Shown piece after piece: positions 52,540 to 64,000 of a stretch of 64,000 nucleotides of DNA (the first letter of the stretch is position 1; every line of letters begins with the position of its first letter). The notes under the pieces were generated by a model, which had not been told where the DNA came from, did no database searches, and worked only from the letters and a program-made list of their open reading frames with translations. This stretch comes from an uncultured Verrucomicrobiae bacterium (lineage in GTDB: Bacteria; Verrucomicrobiota; Verrucomicrobiia; Limisphaerales; Palsa-1400): positions 64,001 to 128,000 of the forward strand of contig CAVXRD010000002.1 of the NCBI GenBank assembly GCA_963764165.1. The letters are read 5' to 3'. Made by a program: the position numbers and the translations under genes.

Positions 52540-53589
52540 ATGACCACAGAGAATGCCCGCACCGCTGCCATTGACCTTCGCAGCGACACTGTCACCAAAC
52601 CGACGCCAGCCATGCGCGAGGCGATGGCCAATGCCGAAGTCGGCGACGATGTTTTCGGCGAGGACCCGACCGTCAAAGAACTTGAAGCGGAAACGGCGGC
52701 ATTGCTGGGGAAGGAGGCGGCGCTGTTTGTTGTTTCCGGCACCATGGCCAATCAACTCGCCATTCGCGCCCACACGGAGCCGGGCGATGAGATCATCGTC
52801 GAAGCGGGGGCGCACATATACTACTACGAAGGCGGCGGGCCGGCTGCCTTGAGCGGCGTGATGTGCCGTTTGATTGAAGGCGAGCGAGGCGTTTTCAGCG
52901 GTGCAGCGGTTGAATCAGCATTGAGGCCGGTTGATCCGCATTTTCCGCGCTCGCGCATGGTCTGCATCGAGAACACACACAATCGCGGCGGCGGAAAAAT
53001 CTGGCCAATTGAGAAGATCAATGAGGTCGGCAAAACGGCCAAGGCAAACGGTTTGATTTACCACCTCGACGGCGCGCGCCTCTGGAATGCGGCCATTGCC
53101 ACGGGCATCGCGGAAAAGGAGTGGGCCGCGCCATTCGACTCGGTCAGCGTTTGTTATTCCAAGGGGCTCGGCGCGCCAGTCGGCTCGGCGCTCGTCGGGA
53201 CAAAGGAAGTCATCGCGAGGGCGAAGCGTTTTCGAAAAATGTTCGGCGGCGGCATGCGGCAGGCCGGAATCGTCGCGGCGGGCGCGTTGTATGCCCTCCG
53301 AAATTCTCGCTCGCGACTGGCCGAAGATCACGCAAACGCGAAAGCTCTTGCGGAAGGAATCGCCCGCTGCGGCAAATACGAACTGAACGCGGTTGAGGTG
53401 GAAACGAACATGGTGCGGTTTCGTTTGCCGGGCACTCCCGCAAAAGAATTAATTGAGCGGCTTCGCGCCCACGGAGTTTTGGTGTTGTCATCAGACCGCA
53501 ACACGATCCGCGCTGTTGCAAATTTGATGGTCTCTGCCGAGGACATCCAACGGGCCATCGGCATCATCGCGAAGGTCGCGGAACAATGA
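52540..53589 (+). CDS. ltaE: Low-specificity L-threonine aldolase
   Basis: [44 protein letters not shown]. Confidence 0.93.
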   Translation: MTTENARTAAIDLRSDTVTKPTPAMREAMANAEVGDDVFGEDPTVKELEAETAALLGKEAALFVVSGTMANQLAIRAHTEPGDEIIVEAGAHIYYYEGGGPAALSGVMCRLIEGERGVFSGAAVESALRPVDPHFPRSRMVCIENTHNRGGGKIWPIEKINEVGKTAKANGLIYHLDGARLWNAAIATGIAEKEWAAPFDSVSVCYSKGLGAPVGSALVGTKEVIARAKRFRKMFGGGMRQAGIVAAGALYALRNSRSRLAEDHANAKALAEGIARCGKYELNAVEVETNMVRFRLPGTPAKELIERLRAHGVLVLSSDRNTIRAVANLMVSAEDIQRAIGIIAKVAEQ

Positions 53590-53614
53590 CTTCTCGTTAG
53601 TCAAGTATAACCAT

Positions 53615-54022
53615 ATGAATGCATCCCACGAGGCCTCTGGCGGCACATTCTTTGCGCCACAATTAACCGTTCGCAACGTGCTCATGGCATTGGAGTTTTG
53701 CAAAGCCGCGTTTGACGCGGTGGAATTGCGGCGCTTTACAAACGACGATGGCTCTGTGCATGTCGCTGAAATGACGATTGGCGGCGCGCTGTTCCATATT
53801 CACGAGGCTGTGCCGGCTTCAAAGGAAATCAGCCCGGAAACAGCCAATGGAACCACCGTGTTGATCGGACTGTTCGTCAACGATCCTGCGGCGACTGCGA
53901 AAAAAGCAGTGGCCGCCGGCGCCGTGGAATTCAAGCCGGTCACAGATTACTTTTACGGCTATCGCCAGGGAACGATTATCGATCCTTTGGGCCACCATTG
54001 GCTCATCCAGAAAAAGATTTAA
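53615..54022 (+). CDS. VOC/glyoxalase (PhnB-like) protein
   Basis: HVAEMTIGG, YGYRQG...DPLGHHW. Confidence 0.85.
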   Translation: MNASHEASGGTFFAPQLTVRNVLMALEFCKAAFDAVELRRFTNDDGSVHVAEMTIGGALFHIHEAVPASKEISPETANGTTVLIGLFVNDPAATAKKAVAAGAVEFKPVTDYFYGYRQGTIIDPLGHHWLIQKKI

Positions 54023-54027
54023 CCGTT

Positions 54028-56340
54028 GTGAAACAAAAATTCATCCGATCCTTCGCCACCTCAATCCTGTTGGCTTTCGCCACGTTCGCTCTGCCTTCGC
54101 CGGCGGCAGCGGCAACTTTCTCGATTGGCGAAACAAATTTCCTGCTCAACGGGAAACCTTTCCAAATCAAAGCTGGGGAAATGCACCCGGCGCGTATTCC
54201 CCATCAATATTGGGCCGACCGCCTTCGCATGGCGCACGCGATGGGCCTCAATACCATTTCGATTTACGTTTTCTGGAATCAGTTCGAGGAACGCGAAGGC
54301 CACTTCAATTTCACCGGCGATGCGGATGTTGCGCAATTCGTGCGGCTCGCGCAAGCGGAAGGCTTGTGGGTCATACTGCGGCCTGGCCCTTACGTTTGCG
54401 CCGAGTGGGAATTTGGCGGATATCCATGGTGGCTGCTGAAAGATCACGATCTCAAAGTACGAAGCCAGGACGCGAAATTTCTGGCCGCGTCCGAGCGTTA
54501 CTTGAAGAAACTCGGCGAGCAGCTCGCGCCCCTGCAAATCACACACGGCGGGCCGATCATCATGATTCAAGTGGAAAACGAATACGGCAGCTACGGAGCC
54601 GACCACGTCTACATGGGAAAAATCCGCGACATGGAACGCGCGGCGGGATTCGACATCCCGCAGTTTACCGCCGATGGCGGCGGCAGGATGATGGCTGGCG
54701 GCTATGTCGAAGGCGCCCTGCCCGGCCTCAACGGCGGCAGCGGTCCGGAAATAATGCGTGAAGTTGGAAAATATCGCCCGAATGGCCCTTGGTTCGTGCC
54801 GGAATTCTATCCCGGCTGGCTTGATCATTGGGGCGAGGCGCACGCGCATACCGAAACCGCGGGCGTCGTGCGCGAAACCGAATGGAAACTGACCAACGGC
54901 GTCTCGTTTTGCTACTACATGGTTTACGGCGGCACATCGTTCGGATTCACCAGCGGGGCGAATTATGGCGGGCACTTCCAACCTCAGCCCACCAGCTACG
55001 ATTATGACGCGCCTATCGATGAAATGGGACGGCCGACCGAGAAATTCATCGCCCTGCGCGAGCTTTTTGCAAAACATCTCGCTCCCGGCGAATCCTTGCC
55101 GGATGTCCCGCCAACCACACCTGTGCTCGAAATTCCGAACATTGAATTAAACAGTTCTGCAAGTATATTTGACAGCCTAAAGTCGCCGGTGAAATCCCCC
55201 AAACCCTTGAGCTTTGAAGATATCGATCAAGCCTATGGCTTTGTGAATTACCGCGCCAAACTTTCCGGCCCGGTTCACGGCACTTTGAAAATCAAAGAGC
55301 TTCGCGATTTCGCCGTCGTTTGCATCGACGGCAAACGCATCGCCACCCTCGACCGGCGTCACAATCAAAGCACCGTTGCCATTAGCACAGACAAACCGGC
55401 AACGCTGGACATCCTGGTGGAAAACGGCGGTCGCATCAATTACGGCTCGCGCATTCCAGATAATCGCAAGGGAATCACGGAGTCAGTCATGCTGGACGGC
55501 AAAGAAATCCTCGGCTGGGAAATGTATCATCTTCCGTTTGACAAAGTCTCCGGCCTCAAATTCAAGTCCGAATCACAAGCCGCCGCGCCCGCCGTTCACA
55601 AGGGAACTTTCAGCATTTCAGAAATCGGCGATGCGTTTCTCGACATGCGCAATTGGGGCAAAGGCATCGTGATCGTCAATGGCCATAATCTCGGCCGCTA
55701 TTGGAACATTGGCCCACAGCAGACGCTCTATCTGCCGGGCGTCTGGCTAAAAAAAGGCAAAAACGAAATCGTCGTCTTCGAGGAAATGAAGGATGACGCC
55801 CACAATCTCGCCGCCATCAAAACGCCGATCCTCAGCGAGCTTCACCGCGACGCGAGCGCTCCCGCGCGCGGCCCGATGAAAACGCCGCGACTCGAGTCCT
55901 CAACGCCCATCGAGGAAGGCGCCTTGGCTGCGGGAAAAACAGCGCAAGATATTAGGTTTGACACTCAAAAAGGCCGCTTTCTTTGCCTGCAAGCGCTCTC
56001 ATCCCACAACGGCGACGAATACACCACCCTCGCCGAACTCGACGCGCTCGACGCCGCAGGCCAGCCCCTTCCGCACGACGGCTGGCGCGTTGCTTATGTG
56101 GACAGCGAAGAAACGTCCGCGGAGGATTCGCAGGCGGAAAACGCATTCGACGGCGACGCGGATTCCTTCTGGCATTCGCAATGGAGCGCGCCGCATTCCG
56201 CGCATCCGCACACGCTCGTCATCGATCTCGGGGCGGAGCGCGAACTTTCCGGTCTTCGCCTGCTTCCACGCCAGGACTCCGCCAATGGCCGAATCAAAGA
56301 CTATCGCGTCTATTTAAGCACCGCGTGGTGGGGTGATTAG
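54028..56340 (+). CDS. GH35 beta-galactosidase with C-terminal F5/8-type (CBM32-like) domain
   Basis: GEMHPARIP, LRPGPYVCAEW, QVENEYG, PEFYPGW, TSYDYDAP; AFDGD...WHSQW...IDLG. Confidence 0.92.
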   Translation: MKQKFIRSFATSILLAFATFALPSPAAAATFSIGETNFLLNGKPFQIKAGEMHPARIPHQYWADRLRMAHAMGLNTISIYVFWNQFEEREGHFNFTGDADVAQFVRLAQAEGLWVILRPGPYVCAEWEFGGYPWWLLKDHDLKVRSQDAKFLAASERYLKKLGEQLAPLQITHGGPIIMIQVENEYGSYGADHVYMGKIRDMERAAGFDIPQFTADGGGRMMAGGYVEGALPGLNGGSGPEIMREVGKYRPNGPWFVPEFYPGWLDHWGEAHAHTETAGVVRETEWKLTNGVSFCYYMVYGGTSFGFTSGANYGGHFQPQPTSYDYDAPIDEMGRPTEKFIALRELFAKHLAPGESLPDVPPTTPVLEIPNIELNSSASIFDSLKSPVKSPKPLSFEDIDQAYGFVNYRAKLSGPVHGTLKIKELRDFAVVCIDGKRIATLDRRHNQSTVAISTDKPATLDILVENGGRINYGSRIPDNRKGITESVMLDGKEILGWEMYHLPFDKVSGLKFKSESQAAAPAVHKGTFSISEIGDAFLDMRNWGKGIVIVNGHNLGRYWNIGPQQTLYLPGVWLKKGKNEIVVFEEMKDDAHNLAAIKTPILSELHRDASAPARGPMKTPRLESSTPIEEGALAAGKTAQDIRFDTQKGRFLCLQALSSHNGDEYTTLAELDALDAAGQPLPHDGWRVAYVDSEETSAEDSQAENAFDGDADSFWHSQWSAPHSAHPHTLVIDLGAERELSGLRLLPRQDSANGRIKDYRVYLSTAWWGD

Positions 56341-56416
56341 CCCAAGATTTTACCCGGACGGAAAGAGCGGGCTGCCCTCCGATTGGAATGCGGCTGCACA
56401 AGGCCTATGTTGCTCC

Positions 56417-56818
56417 ATGAATACGAAATCGTTGTTACTTGGAGTGGGCGTCGGAGTTCTCGGACTCACATCGACGCTGGTTGCCGGCGTTCGTGAACCT
56501 TATGTTCCGGACGTGGGCGTTGGAATAACTCAAACGCAACATATCGAAGCCGCCAACCGGCAGGCGTTAAATCAACTTTCGCCCGCCGCGCGGCAGACAG
56601 TTGAACGGACAATCGGAGACGATCAAATTCGCTCCGTGAAAGTGGAAACCTCCACCGGAACGGAAACCTACAAGGTTCAATTGGTTCGCCAGCCGGGAAC
56701 GGAAGGCACGCCGACCGTGGTCGTTTCGCAGGATGGCACGCTGGTGCGCGAGTCGCACATGGATAACGCTGCAACTTGCGTGATGACGCCGGATTCTGGC
56801 GCTCAGTCCAACCGGTAA
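56417..56818 (+). CDS. Secreted hypothetical protein (PepSY/BLIP-like)
   Basis: Signal peptide from ATG 56417; LSPAARQTV...YKV...VSQDGTLV pattern. Confidence 0.6.
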   Translation: MNTKSLLLGVGVGVLGLTSTLVAGVREPYVPDVGVGITQTQHIEAANRQALNQLSPAARQTVERTIGDDQIRSVKVETSTGTETYKVQLVRQPGTEGTPTVVVSQDGTLVRESHMDNAATCVMTPDSGAQSNR

Positions 56819-56831
56819 TGTCAAGGCGCGG

Positions 56832-57569
56832 TCAGTGGTGGTGTTCAACGCCGCGGCTATGCTGCCAAGCGTGAACAATGTGACTGACAATGTCCTCCAC
56901 CCCTGGGCCGTGTTTGACCTGAGCGAATATGAATGGACCGTGACCCCGCATTTTGCGAGCGTCACGGTCCATCACATTTAGATCGGCGCCGACCGCCGCA
57001 GCAAGGTCGGTTTTATTGATGACAAGCAGATCGGCCTGCGTAATGCCGGGACCACCCTTCCTCGGAATTTTATCTCCTCCCGCTACGTCGATGACATACA
57101 CGGTGTAGTCGGCGAGTTCACGGCTGAAGTGAGCGGCCAGATTATCACCTCCAGATTCCAGCAACATCATGTCTGGACGAAATCTGGCGTGAAGGTCCTC
57201 CAACGCTAACAAGTTCGCGGAAATGTCCTCCCGAATGGCGGCGTGCGGGCAACCCCCCGTTTCGACGGCGCGAATGCGGTCTGGCTCCAGCGCTTGGTGG
57301 CGTACAAGAAATTCCCCGTCTTCCTTTGTGAAAATATCGTTCGTCACGGCGGCGATGTTGAACTTCTCGCGAAGCCGCAAGCAGAGTGCCAGCATCAATG
57401 CCGTCTTTCCGCTTCCGACCGGGCCCCCCACTCCGATAGTGAACGCGCGTGTCTTGAAATCGCGCGAGAGCGGTTTTTCCCGCTGATCAAAATGGCCCGG
57501 GTGCTCCATGGGTTCATGGGTGTGATCGTGGCCGTGCGTGTGGGAATGGGAATGAGATGGCGCGCTCAT
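56832..57569 (-). CDS. ureG: Urease accessory GTPase UreG with His-rich N-terminus
   Basis: [27 protein letters not shown]. Confidence 0.95.
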   Translation of the reverse strand: MSAPSHSHSHTHGHDHTHEPMEHPGHFDQREKPLSRDFKTRAFTIGVGGPVGSGKTALMLALCLRLREKFNIAAVTNDIFTKEDGEFLVRHQALEPDRIRAVETGGCPHAAIREDISANLLALEDLHARFRPDMMLLESGGDNLAAHFSRELADYTVYVIDVAGGDKIPRKGGPGITQADLLVINKTDLAAAVGADLNVMDRDARKMRGHGPFIFAQVKHGPGVEDIVSHIVHAWQHSRGVEHHH

Positions 57570-57575
57570 AGTTGG

Positions 57576-58244
57576 CTAGCTTTGAAATAACCTGGAATAA
57601 AGTCGATCCTGCGCGCCCTGCCACATTTCGATCAATGGCGCTGTCTGGGCGGCTTCGCCAATCTCAATGGCGCCGCATTCGGCGAAGATGGCACGGGCGG
57701 AATTTCCAAGGCGATGCTGCATCGTCTGGCCTTCCATCGGACCCACAATGCCAAGCCTCACCGCTGCGGCGATCAGTCCGCGCAGGTGCTGGAAGCAAAA
57801 AATTTCCGCTCCGTCGCCCAGGCCGAGGCCAAGCGCGTCAGTCACCGCGCCGAACACTGGCGCGAAATGGCCGCACGGTGGAAGCGCGGGCAATCCACTT
57901 AAATCGCCAGAAAAAATTCTTTTTGCCGAGCCGTGAAACGCCCTCCCCTGCAACCGGCTGGCTCGATTGGCGACGTGATTGGAGATAAACGCGTCGCATT
58001 GCAAATCGAATTCGACGAGCCGTCCTGGATTTGCATGGGCGGCCTTGAAAAACGGCAGGCTGGCGTGAGCAAACTGGCTCAAACTCGATTCAAGAAATCC
58101 TGTCAAATCAACGCGGCCATTGATTTCACCGTGGTGCCACGCGGCTTCGAGGCCCGCGCTGTGGGCGAAACCGCCGCTCGGAAAAGCAGAGTCGGCCAGT
58201 TGCCAGATCAGCCAGGCATCAGCGCTTTTGCAGTGAGTTTTCAA
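57576..58244 (-). CDS. ureF: Urease accessory protein UreF
   Basis: [25 protein letters not shown]. Confidence 0.93.
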   Translation of the reverse strand: MKTHCKSADAWLIWQLADSAFPSGGFAHSAGLEAAWHHGEINGRVDLTGFLESSLSQFAHASLPFFKAAHANPGRLVEFDLQCDAFISNHVANRASRLQGRAFHGSAKRIFSGDLSGLPALPPCGHFAPVFGAVTDALGLGLGDGAEIFCFQHLRGLIAAAVRLGIVGPMEGQTMQHRLGNSARAIFAECGAIEIGEAAQTAPLIEMWQGAQDRLYSRLFQS

Positions 58245-59956
58245 AATAAACTGTAGCGTTGCGCGAGCGGCAGAATCCTGGCTGGCTCGCAGACCAGCGG
58301 TTGTCCGTCCGCAGTCACTTCGTATGTTTCGGGATCGACGGTGATGCGCGGGATGGCGTCATTCCACTTCATATCTTTTTTTCCAAGTTTGCGGCAATTG
58401 CGAACGGCTTCGATTCGCTTTTGCAAACCATAGCCACCTGCCACGCCTTTTTCCGCGCACAACTTGCTGACAAACGCGATGGACGAACGCCCCGCCGCGA
58501 TGCCAAACGCACCGAACATCGGGCGCATGATGACGGGTTGTGGCGTAGGGATGGAGGCATTGGGATCGCCCATTTGCGACCACGCGATCAATCCGCCTTT
58601 GACCACCATTTCGGGCTTCACCCCAAAAAACGCGGGCTTCCACAAAACCAAATCGGCCAGTTTTCCCACTTCAACGGAGCCGATGCAATGGCCCATGCCG
58701 TGGGCAATGGCGGGATTTATAGTGTACTTGGAAATGTAGCGCTTGATGCGGAGATTGTCGGCGCCGGATTTTTCACCGGGCAGCGCGCCGCGCTGCTGCT
58801 TCATCTTGTCGGCCGTTTGCCATGTGCGCGTGATGACTTCCCCGATGCGGCCCATCGCCTGCGAATCCGAACTCATCATGCTGATCGCGCCCAAGTCGTG
58901 CAAAATATCCTCGGCCGCGATGGTTTCACCGCGAATGCGGCTTTCCGCAAAAGCCACGTCTTCAGGAAGGCTTGGGTCGAGATGGTGGCAAACCATCAGC
59001 ATGTCCAAATGCTCGTCAATCGTATTGACAGTGTAGGGGCGGGTCGGATTGGTGGAGCTGGGCAGCACATGAGCTTCGCCGCAAATTCGAATAATGTCCG
59101 GCGCATGGCCGCCGCCCGCGCCTTCGGAGTGATACGTGTGAATCGTGCGGCCTTTGATTGCCGCCAGTGTCGCCTCGACAAATCCAGATTCGTTCAGGGT
59201 GTCGGTGTGAATAGTAATTTGAACATCGTGCTCATCGGCCACTGCAAGGCAGCAATCGATTGCGGCGGGCGTTGTCCCCCAATCTTCGTGCAACTTGAGT
59301 CCAACCGCTCCCGCCAGAATTTGCTCTGGCAAACCCGCGGGCATCGCGGTGTTGCCTTTGCCGGTAAAACCAAAATTGAGCGGCAGCGCGTCCGTCGCCT
59401 GCAGCATTCGCTCGAGGTAAAACGCGCCCGGTGTGCAGGTTGTCGCGCAAGTGCCTGTCGCCGGACCGGTGCCGCCGCCGACCATCGTCGTTAATCCTGC
59501 GGCGATAGCTTCATGCGCTTGCTGGGGGCAAATGAAATGAATGTGCGTATCAAGTCCGCCTGCCGTCACGATCATCCCCTCGCCGGCGATGACTTCGGTT
59601 GTCACGCCGATGATCATTCCTTTTGTCACGCCCGCCATCACGTCGGGATTTCCCGCTTTGCCGATGCCGGAAATCAGGCCGTTCTTAATGCCGATATCGG
59701 CCTTGTAAATCCCAGTGTAATCCACCACCAGCGCATTCGTAATAACGCAGTCCAGCGCATCCGCCTGCGCGACACCAGCCGCCTGCCCCTGCCCTTCGCG
59801 AATCGTTTTGCCGCCGCCGAATTTGCATTCATCGCCGTAAACGGTGAAGTCGCGTTCCACTTCCAGAACCAGTGACGTGTCCGCCAGCCGGACCTTGTCA
59901 CCCGTGGTCGGCCCGAACATTTCGGCGTAATGCCGCCGTTTCATTTTGTGTGGCAT
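58241..59956 (-). CDS. ureC: Urease alpha subunit
   Basis: [39 protein letters not shown]. Confidence 0.97.
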   Translation of the reverse strand: MPHKMKRRHYAEMFGPTTGDKVRLADTSLVLEVERDFTVYGDECKFGGGKTIREGQGQAAGVAQADALDCVITNALVVDYTGIYKADIGIKNGLISGIGKAGNPDVMAGVTKGMIIGVTTEVIAGEGMIVTAGGLDTHIHFICPQQAHEAIAAGLTTMVGGGTGPATGTCATTCTPGAFYLERMLQATDALPLNFGFTGKGNTAMPAGLPEQILAGAVGLKLHEDWGTTPAAIDCCLAVADEHDVQITIHTDTLNESGFVEATLAAIKGRTIHTYHSEGAGGGHAPDIIRICGEAHVLPSSTNPTRPYTVNTIDEHLDMLMVCHHLDPSLPEDVAFAESRIRGETIAAEDILHDLGAISMMSSDSQAMGRIGEVITRTWQTADKMKQQRGALPGEKSGADNLRIKRYISKYTINPAIAHGMGHCIGSVEVGKLADLVLWKPAFFGVKPEMVVKGGLIAWSQMGDPNASIPTPQPVIMRPMFGAFGIAAGRSSIAFVSKLCAEKGVAGGYGLQKRIEAVRNCRKLGKKDMKWNDAIPRITVDPETYEVTADGQPLVCEPARILPLAQRYSLF

Positions 59957-59959
59957 GCG

Positions 59960-60718
59960 TCAGGAAGATTGATGCGAAAAACCCTGTTTCGCCGCGCGTT
60001 CCATCGCGGTCTTTTGGCCCGCTTCGGAAACCGGCCCGTCACTTAAATTATTTCCGCCGCGTATGACCCGCCCGCCCGCGATTTCAACCACCTGAACGGT
60101 TTTGGTTTCGCCGGGCTCGAAACGCACTGCGGTTCCGGCAGGAATATCGAGCCGCTTGCCATAGGCCAAAGCGCGGTCGAATTTCAACGAAGCATTCGTT
60201 TCGATGAAATGGTAATGGCTGCCCACTTGCACCGGGCGATCACCCAGGTTCGTCACAGCGAGCGAGGCGGTTGCGCGTCCCGCATTCAATTCCAATTCGC
60301 CATCTTCCGCTGTGCATTCGCCGGGTTCGAAATCCGAATTTGCGGATTGGAACGCGGAGGATTTTGGGATCGGCAGGAAACTTCCGTAAAGAGCCAGCTC
60401 CAGATTCCCATTCTCGGCGGCGATTGGGTGATGCACTGTGACTAATTTGGTGCCGTCGGGAAACGTGCCCTCCACTTGCACCTCAGTCACCATGGCCGGA
60501 ACGCCGTCCATGACTTGGTTGCGGCCCAAAAACTGCCGGCCAAGGTTCATCAACTCGGCCACGCGGCGCCCGTCACGTATAAATTCAAGCAATTGGGCAG
60601 CGATCAGCGCGACGGATTCGGGGTGGTTCAGGCGCAGGCCACGCGCGAGGCGCTTTTGGGCCAAATAGCCCGCCTGATGCAAAATCAGTTTGTCAATTTC
60701 ACGGGGATTTAGGTGCAT
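59960..60718 (-). CDS. ureAB: Fused urease gamma/beta subunit
   Basis: [14 protein letters not shown] followed by [12 protein letters not shown] and AVRFEPG. Confidence 0.95.
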   Translation of the reverse strand: MHLNPREIDKLILHQAGYLAQKRLARGLRLNHPESVALIAAQLLEFIRDGRRVAELMNLGRQFLGRNQVMDGVPAMVTEVQVEGTFPDGTKLVTVHHPIAAENGNLELALYGSFLPIPKSSAFQSANSDFEPGECTAEDGELELNAGRATASLAVTNLGDRPVQVGSHYHFIETNASLKFDRALAYGKRLDIPAGTAVRFEPGETKTVQVVEIAGGRVIRGGNNLSDGPVSEAGQKTAMERAAKQGFSHQSS

Positions 60719-60727
60719 GCGATGAGA

Positions 60728-61567
60728 TTACCATTTTCGCGCCCACGGGTCATCACCCAAAAATTCGGGAGCAAATTTCAAAAGCCGCCGGACAGTCCGG
60801 CTCACTTCCTCGCCGCTTTCGCCAGCCACCCGCACAATCGCGCCCTGCGAAATGGCGCTGGCGCTGAGAATCAGGGGAGCGCGCCGGGCGACGGGCATGA
60901 GATTAATTTCTTCGAGGATTGCAGACGCGGCAGACGCGGCCATCGGCCCCGTCAAGACTAATAAAGCGATGCAATTAAACCGCCCCATCCGGCTGGAGGA
61001 TTCCAACGGCCCATGCATTTGGTCGAGCAGGAGCGAATCAACCAGCAATGTTTTTCCGCCAACGAGAATTTCATTGCGGCTCTGCAATCGGTGGAAGGAC
61101 CAGCGCTCGTGCCGCGCGGCCCGGCCGGAACCGTACCAATCCAGCAAAACCAAATTTGCGGTCGGCGCAAGGTGGAATTCCTGCCGCTGTGTGTAAACCG
61201 AGCCCGCGAACGATTGCACCGGGTCGGGCGCCAGCACCAAGAGTGAATCCTCCGATAAAGTGGCGCGCAACGAATGGCTGCATGGGCGATGGCGCGGGTT
61301 GCGGTAAATTTTTGTGGAAGCCTGGGTGGTTAAAAAGCAGCGCGTGCCACTGCCCAACCGAACGTCAAGACTAGTTTCGTCACCCGCGACGAATCCGCCG
61401 CCGTATGTTCCCACACACGCCCAAACGCTGCTGCCGCGCGCACGGGGAATGAGCAATTTCATCGGGCTGGAAGCGCAGGCAGCAGTGGCGGCGCTGCAAC
61501 CGGCCACCACGTCCACTTCAAGGCGGGATTTGGCGACGTCCTCAAGCATATGCGGGGCGGGAATCAT
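60728..61567 (-). CDS. ureD: Urease accessory protein UreD
   Basis: YGGGFVAGD, TTQASTKIY, GRAARHERW. Confidence 0.9.
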   Translation of the reverse strand: MIPAPHMLEDVAKSRLEVDVVAGCSAATAACASSPMKLLIPRARGSSVWACVGTYGGGFVAGDETSLDVRLGSGTRCFLTTQASTKIYRNPRHRPCSHSLRATLSEDSLLVLAPDPVQSFAGSVYTQRQEFHLAPTANLVLLDWYGSGRAARHERWSFHRLQSRNEILVGGKTLLVDSLLLDQMHGPLESSSRMGRFNCIALLVLTGPMAASAASAILEEINLMPVARRAPLILSASAISQGAIVRVAGESGEEVSRTVRRLLKFAPEFLGDDPWARKW

Positions 61568-61573
61568 CCAATA

Positions 61574-62269
61574 TCACACTGTGAGATGCTTTTTGACGTT
61601 GGGATCGTTCAAGTTCGCAATCGGCCCCTCGGCCACGACCGCGCCTCGATCCATGATGTAAAACGTGTCCCCCACTTGAAGGCAGAAATCCAAATATTGC
61701 TCAACGAGGAGAATGCTGATTTTGCCTTCCTTCTTGATGCGCATAAGCGTGTCGCCAATGAGATCAATGATGTTGGGCTGAATCCCTTCTGTCGGTTCGT
61801 CAAGGAGAAGGATTGAGGGATTGGTGAGCAGCGCGCGGGCAATGGCGAGCTGCTGCTGCTGGCCGCCGCTGAGGACGCCGCCTTTGCGCTGCAGCATTTC
61901 CTTCAGCACCGGGAATAATTCCAGCACGCGGTCCAGATCGGCGCCGGGCTTTGTTCCATGGATGACCATGCTGATTTTCAAATTCTCCCAAACAGTGAGA
62001 TTGGGAAAAATGTCGCGGCCCTGCGGAACGTAGGCCAAGCCCATTCTGGCGCGATCATCGGGAGGGAGCGACGAAATCTCTTTGCCCTTGAATTTGATCG
62101 ATCCGCCGTCAATTTTCGTCAGCCCGATGATCGATCTGAGCGTTGTTGTTTTGCCGACGCCGTTGCGGCCCATCAGGCAGACGAGGCTGCGCTCGGGCAC
62201 GCTCAGCTTGACGCCGCGCAGGATGCGCGAGCCTTCGTAGGAAACGGCAAGTCCAGAGACGTCGAGCAT
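61574..62269 (-). CDS. urtE: Urea ABC transporter ATPase UrtE
   Basis: GRNGVGKT, YVPQGRDIF, LSGGQQQQ, DEPTEGIQP. Confidence 0.92.
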   Translation of the reverse strand: MLDVSGLAVSYEGSRILRGVKLSVPERSLVCLMGRNGVGKTTTLRSIIGLTKIDGGSIKFKGKEISSLPPDDRARMGLAYVPQGRDIFPNLTVWENLKISMVIHGTKPGADLDRVLELFPVLKEMLQRKGGVLSGGQQQQLAIARALLTNPSILLLDEPTEGIQPNIIDLIGDTLMRIKKEGKISILLVEQYLDFCLQVGDTFYIMDRGAVVAEGPIANLNDPNVKKHLTV

Positions 62270-63039
62270 CAGTGATCGGCTTTCTTTTTGCGGCCGAGAT
62301 AAACCTCGATGACGCGCTCGTTGTTCTGCACCTGATCGACCGTGCCTTCGCAAAGGACCGTGCCTTGGTGGAGCACCGTCACCTTGCGCGCAATCTGGCG
62401 GACAAAAATCATATCGTGCTCAATCACGATGACGCTGTGTTTCCCGGCGAGGCTCATCAGCAATTCGCCAGTCTTGTGGGTTTCCTCGTCGGTCATGCCT
62501 GCGGCAGGCTCGTCAACGAGAAGCAACTTCGGGTCCTGCGCGATGAGCATGCCGATTTCCAGCCATTGCTTCTGGCCGTGGCTGAGCGAGCCAGCCTTGC
62601 TGGCGCTGCGATCGAGCAATCCCACCGTCCGCAGCACCTCGCCAATGCGTTCACGTTCGCTGGGCTTAACCCGGTGAAAGAGCGATGAGAAAACGCCGCG
62701 CGGACCCTTCAACGAAAGCAGGACGTTCTCGAAAACCGTGTGGTAAATGTAAACGGACGGCGTTTGAAATTTGCGGCCTATGCCGAGGCGGTTGATCTCG
62801 TATTCATTGAGCCGCGTCAGGTCGGTATTAAAGCCGTATTCAATTTTGCCGGTGTCAGGGCGGGTGCGGCCGGTGATCAAATCCATCATGGTGCTTTTGC
62901 CCGCGCCATTGGGGCCGATGATGACGCGAAGCTCGCCCTCATCCATGTAGAAATTCAATTCGGATATGGCTTTGAACCCGTCGAAGGTTTTGTTGACACC
63001 TTCCAGCGTCAAAATAAATTTGGCGGGGGCCACGCTCAT
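62269..63039 (-). CDS. urtD: Urea ABC transporter ATPase UrtD
   Basis: [28 protein letters not shown]. Confidence 0.92.
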   Translation of the reverse strand: MSVAPAKFILTLEGVNKTFDGFKAISELNFYMDEGELRVIIGPNGAGKSTMMDLITGRTRPDTGKIEYGFNTDLTRLNEYEINRLGIGRKFQTPSVYIYHTVFENVLLSLKGPRGVFSSLFHRVKPSERERIGEVLRTVGLLDRSASKAGSLSHGQKQWLEIGMLIAQDPKLLLVDEPAAGMTDEETHKTGELLMSLAGKHSVIVIEHDMIFVRQIARKVTVLHQGTVLCEGTVDQVQNNERVIEVYLGRKKKADH

Positions 63040-64000
63040 TTTGTCTTGGCGATTGCCTCATCCGGCTGAGTGGCAGCCGGAGACTCGTCCCTGCCCCGGC
63101 GGTTCAAGGTGGAGCGGATCTGGCCAGGAAGCCCTACAATTCCCTTAGGCATGAACACCGTCACCAAAATGAACAACACGCCAAGAATCAGCAGCCACAT
63201 ATCCGGGTAAGCCCGGGTCGTCCAGCTTTTCAGCGCGTTGATGAAAATCGCGCCGATGATCGGGCCGATGAGTGTTCCCCTCCCGCCAACGGCAACCCAG
63301 ACCACCGCCTCCAACGATTTGTCCGTTGCCATCTCGCTGGGATTGATGATGCCGACTTGCGGGACGTACAGGATCCCGCCCAGGGATGCAATCATCGCGC
63401 AAAATACGAAGACGAAGAGCTTGTAGTATCCGGCTGCGTAGCCGCTGAACAAAACGCGATTTTCGCTGTCGCGAATCGCTTGTTGAATAAGGCCAAATTT
63501 GGTGCGGCTTAACCAAAGGCAGCCTGCATAAACGAGGACAAGAGCAATTGCCGTCGCAATATAAAGTCCTCGCAGGGTCGAAGGTGAGCGCAAATCGTAG
63601 CCGAGAACAAATTTGAAATCGGTGAAGCCGTTATTGCCGCCCATCAAAAGGCTGTTGCGGAAAAACAGCAGGCACGCGGCGTAAGTCAGCGCCTGCGTGA
63701 GGATGGAAAAATAAACGCCGCGTATCCGCGAACGGAAGGCAAGGAAGCCAAAGATCGCCGACAGCGCCGCGGGCAGCAAAAAGGCCATCATCATGGCAAA
63801 TGGAAAACTTGAAAACGGCTTCCAGAACGCGGGCAGCGTGCTCCAGCCGAGGAACACGAGGAAGTCCGGGATCGGTTGATGATACTGGCCGAGCGTGCCG
63901 ATCATCCGCATCAAATACATTCCCATCATGTAGCCGCCGAGGGTGAAAAACAGGGCTTGTCCCAAGCTCAGCATTCCGGTGTAACCCCAAAGCAAATCCA
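63036..64000 (-). CDS. urtC: Urea ABC transporter permease UrtC (5' part off-window)
   Basis: [33 protein letters not shown]. Confidence 0.92.
   Translation of the reverse strand, partial: DLLWGYTGMLSLGQALFFTLGGYMMGMYLMRMIGTLGQYHQPIPDFLVFLGWSTLPAFWKPFSSFPFAMMMAFLLPAALSAIFGFLAFRSRIRGVYFSILTQALTYAACLLFFRNSLLMGGNNGFTDFKFVLGYDLRSPSTLRGLYIATAIALVLVYAGCLWLSRTKFGLIQQAIRDSENRVLFSGYAAGYYKLFVFVFCAMIASLGGILYVPQVGIINPSEMATDKSLEAVVWVAVGGRGTLIGPIIGAIFINALKSWTTRAYPDMWLLILGVLFILVTVFMPKGIVGLPGQIRSTLNRRGRDESPAATQPDEAIAKTK

Overview
The left ~40.7 kb is a large integrative conjugative element (ICE) that runs off the left edge and ends at a tyrosine integrase abutting the 5' end of tRNA-Lys(CTT). Protein style, C-terminal 'FFRL' domains and REP types suggest a verrucomicrobial (Pedosphaera-like) host; this taxonomy is inference. 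The ICE core comprises a VirB2/3/4/5/8/9/10-like transfer operon followed by a DarB-like methyltransferase gene, a divergent stand-alone Clp-type AAA+ ATPase, a TraK/L/M (StbABC)-like plus coupling-protein operon, and a MOBF relaxase-helicase. Cargo includes a 3651-aa Sec-exported Rhs toxin with immunity gene and secreted partners, two XRE regulators and a MEDS/PAS kinase/response-regulator module. The strongest unannotated signal is an 18-bp palindrome (TGTTCAG-N4-CTGAACA) found four times, each 20-21 bp upstream of a -10-like hexamer at ICE core promoters, suggesting an uncharacterised master-activator regulon. Other signals are long ssDNA/RNA hairpins, an 11-bp-phased iteron array and a nested TnpV-like gene. 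The right part looks chromosomal: an IS5-disrupted secreted protein, cysD-cysNC, Rrf2 and a sulfate ABC transporter (three of these proteins end in CysK-docking-like Ile tails), GH32, threonine aldolase, VOC, GH35, and a eukaryote-like urease operon lacking ureE with an urt urea transporter. All calls are from motif reading; no database searches were run.
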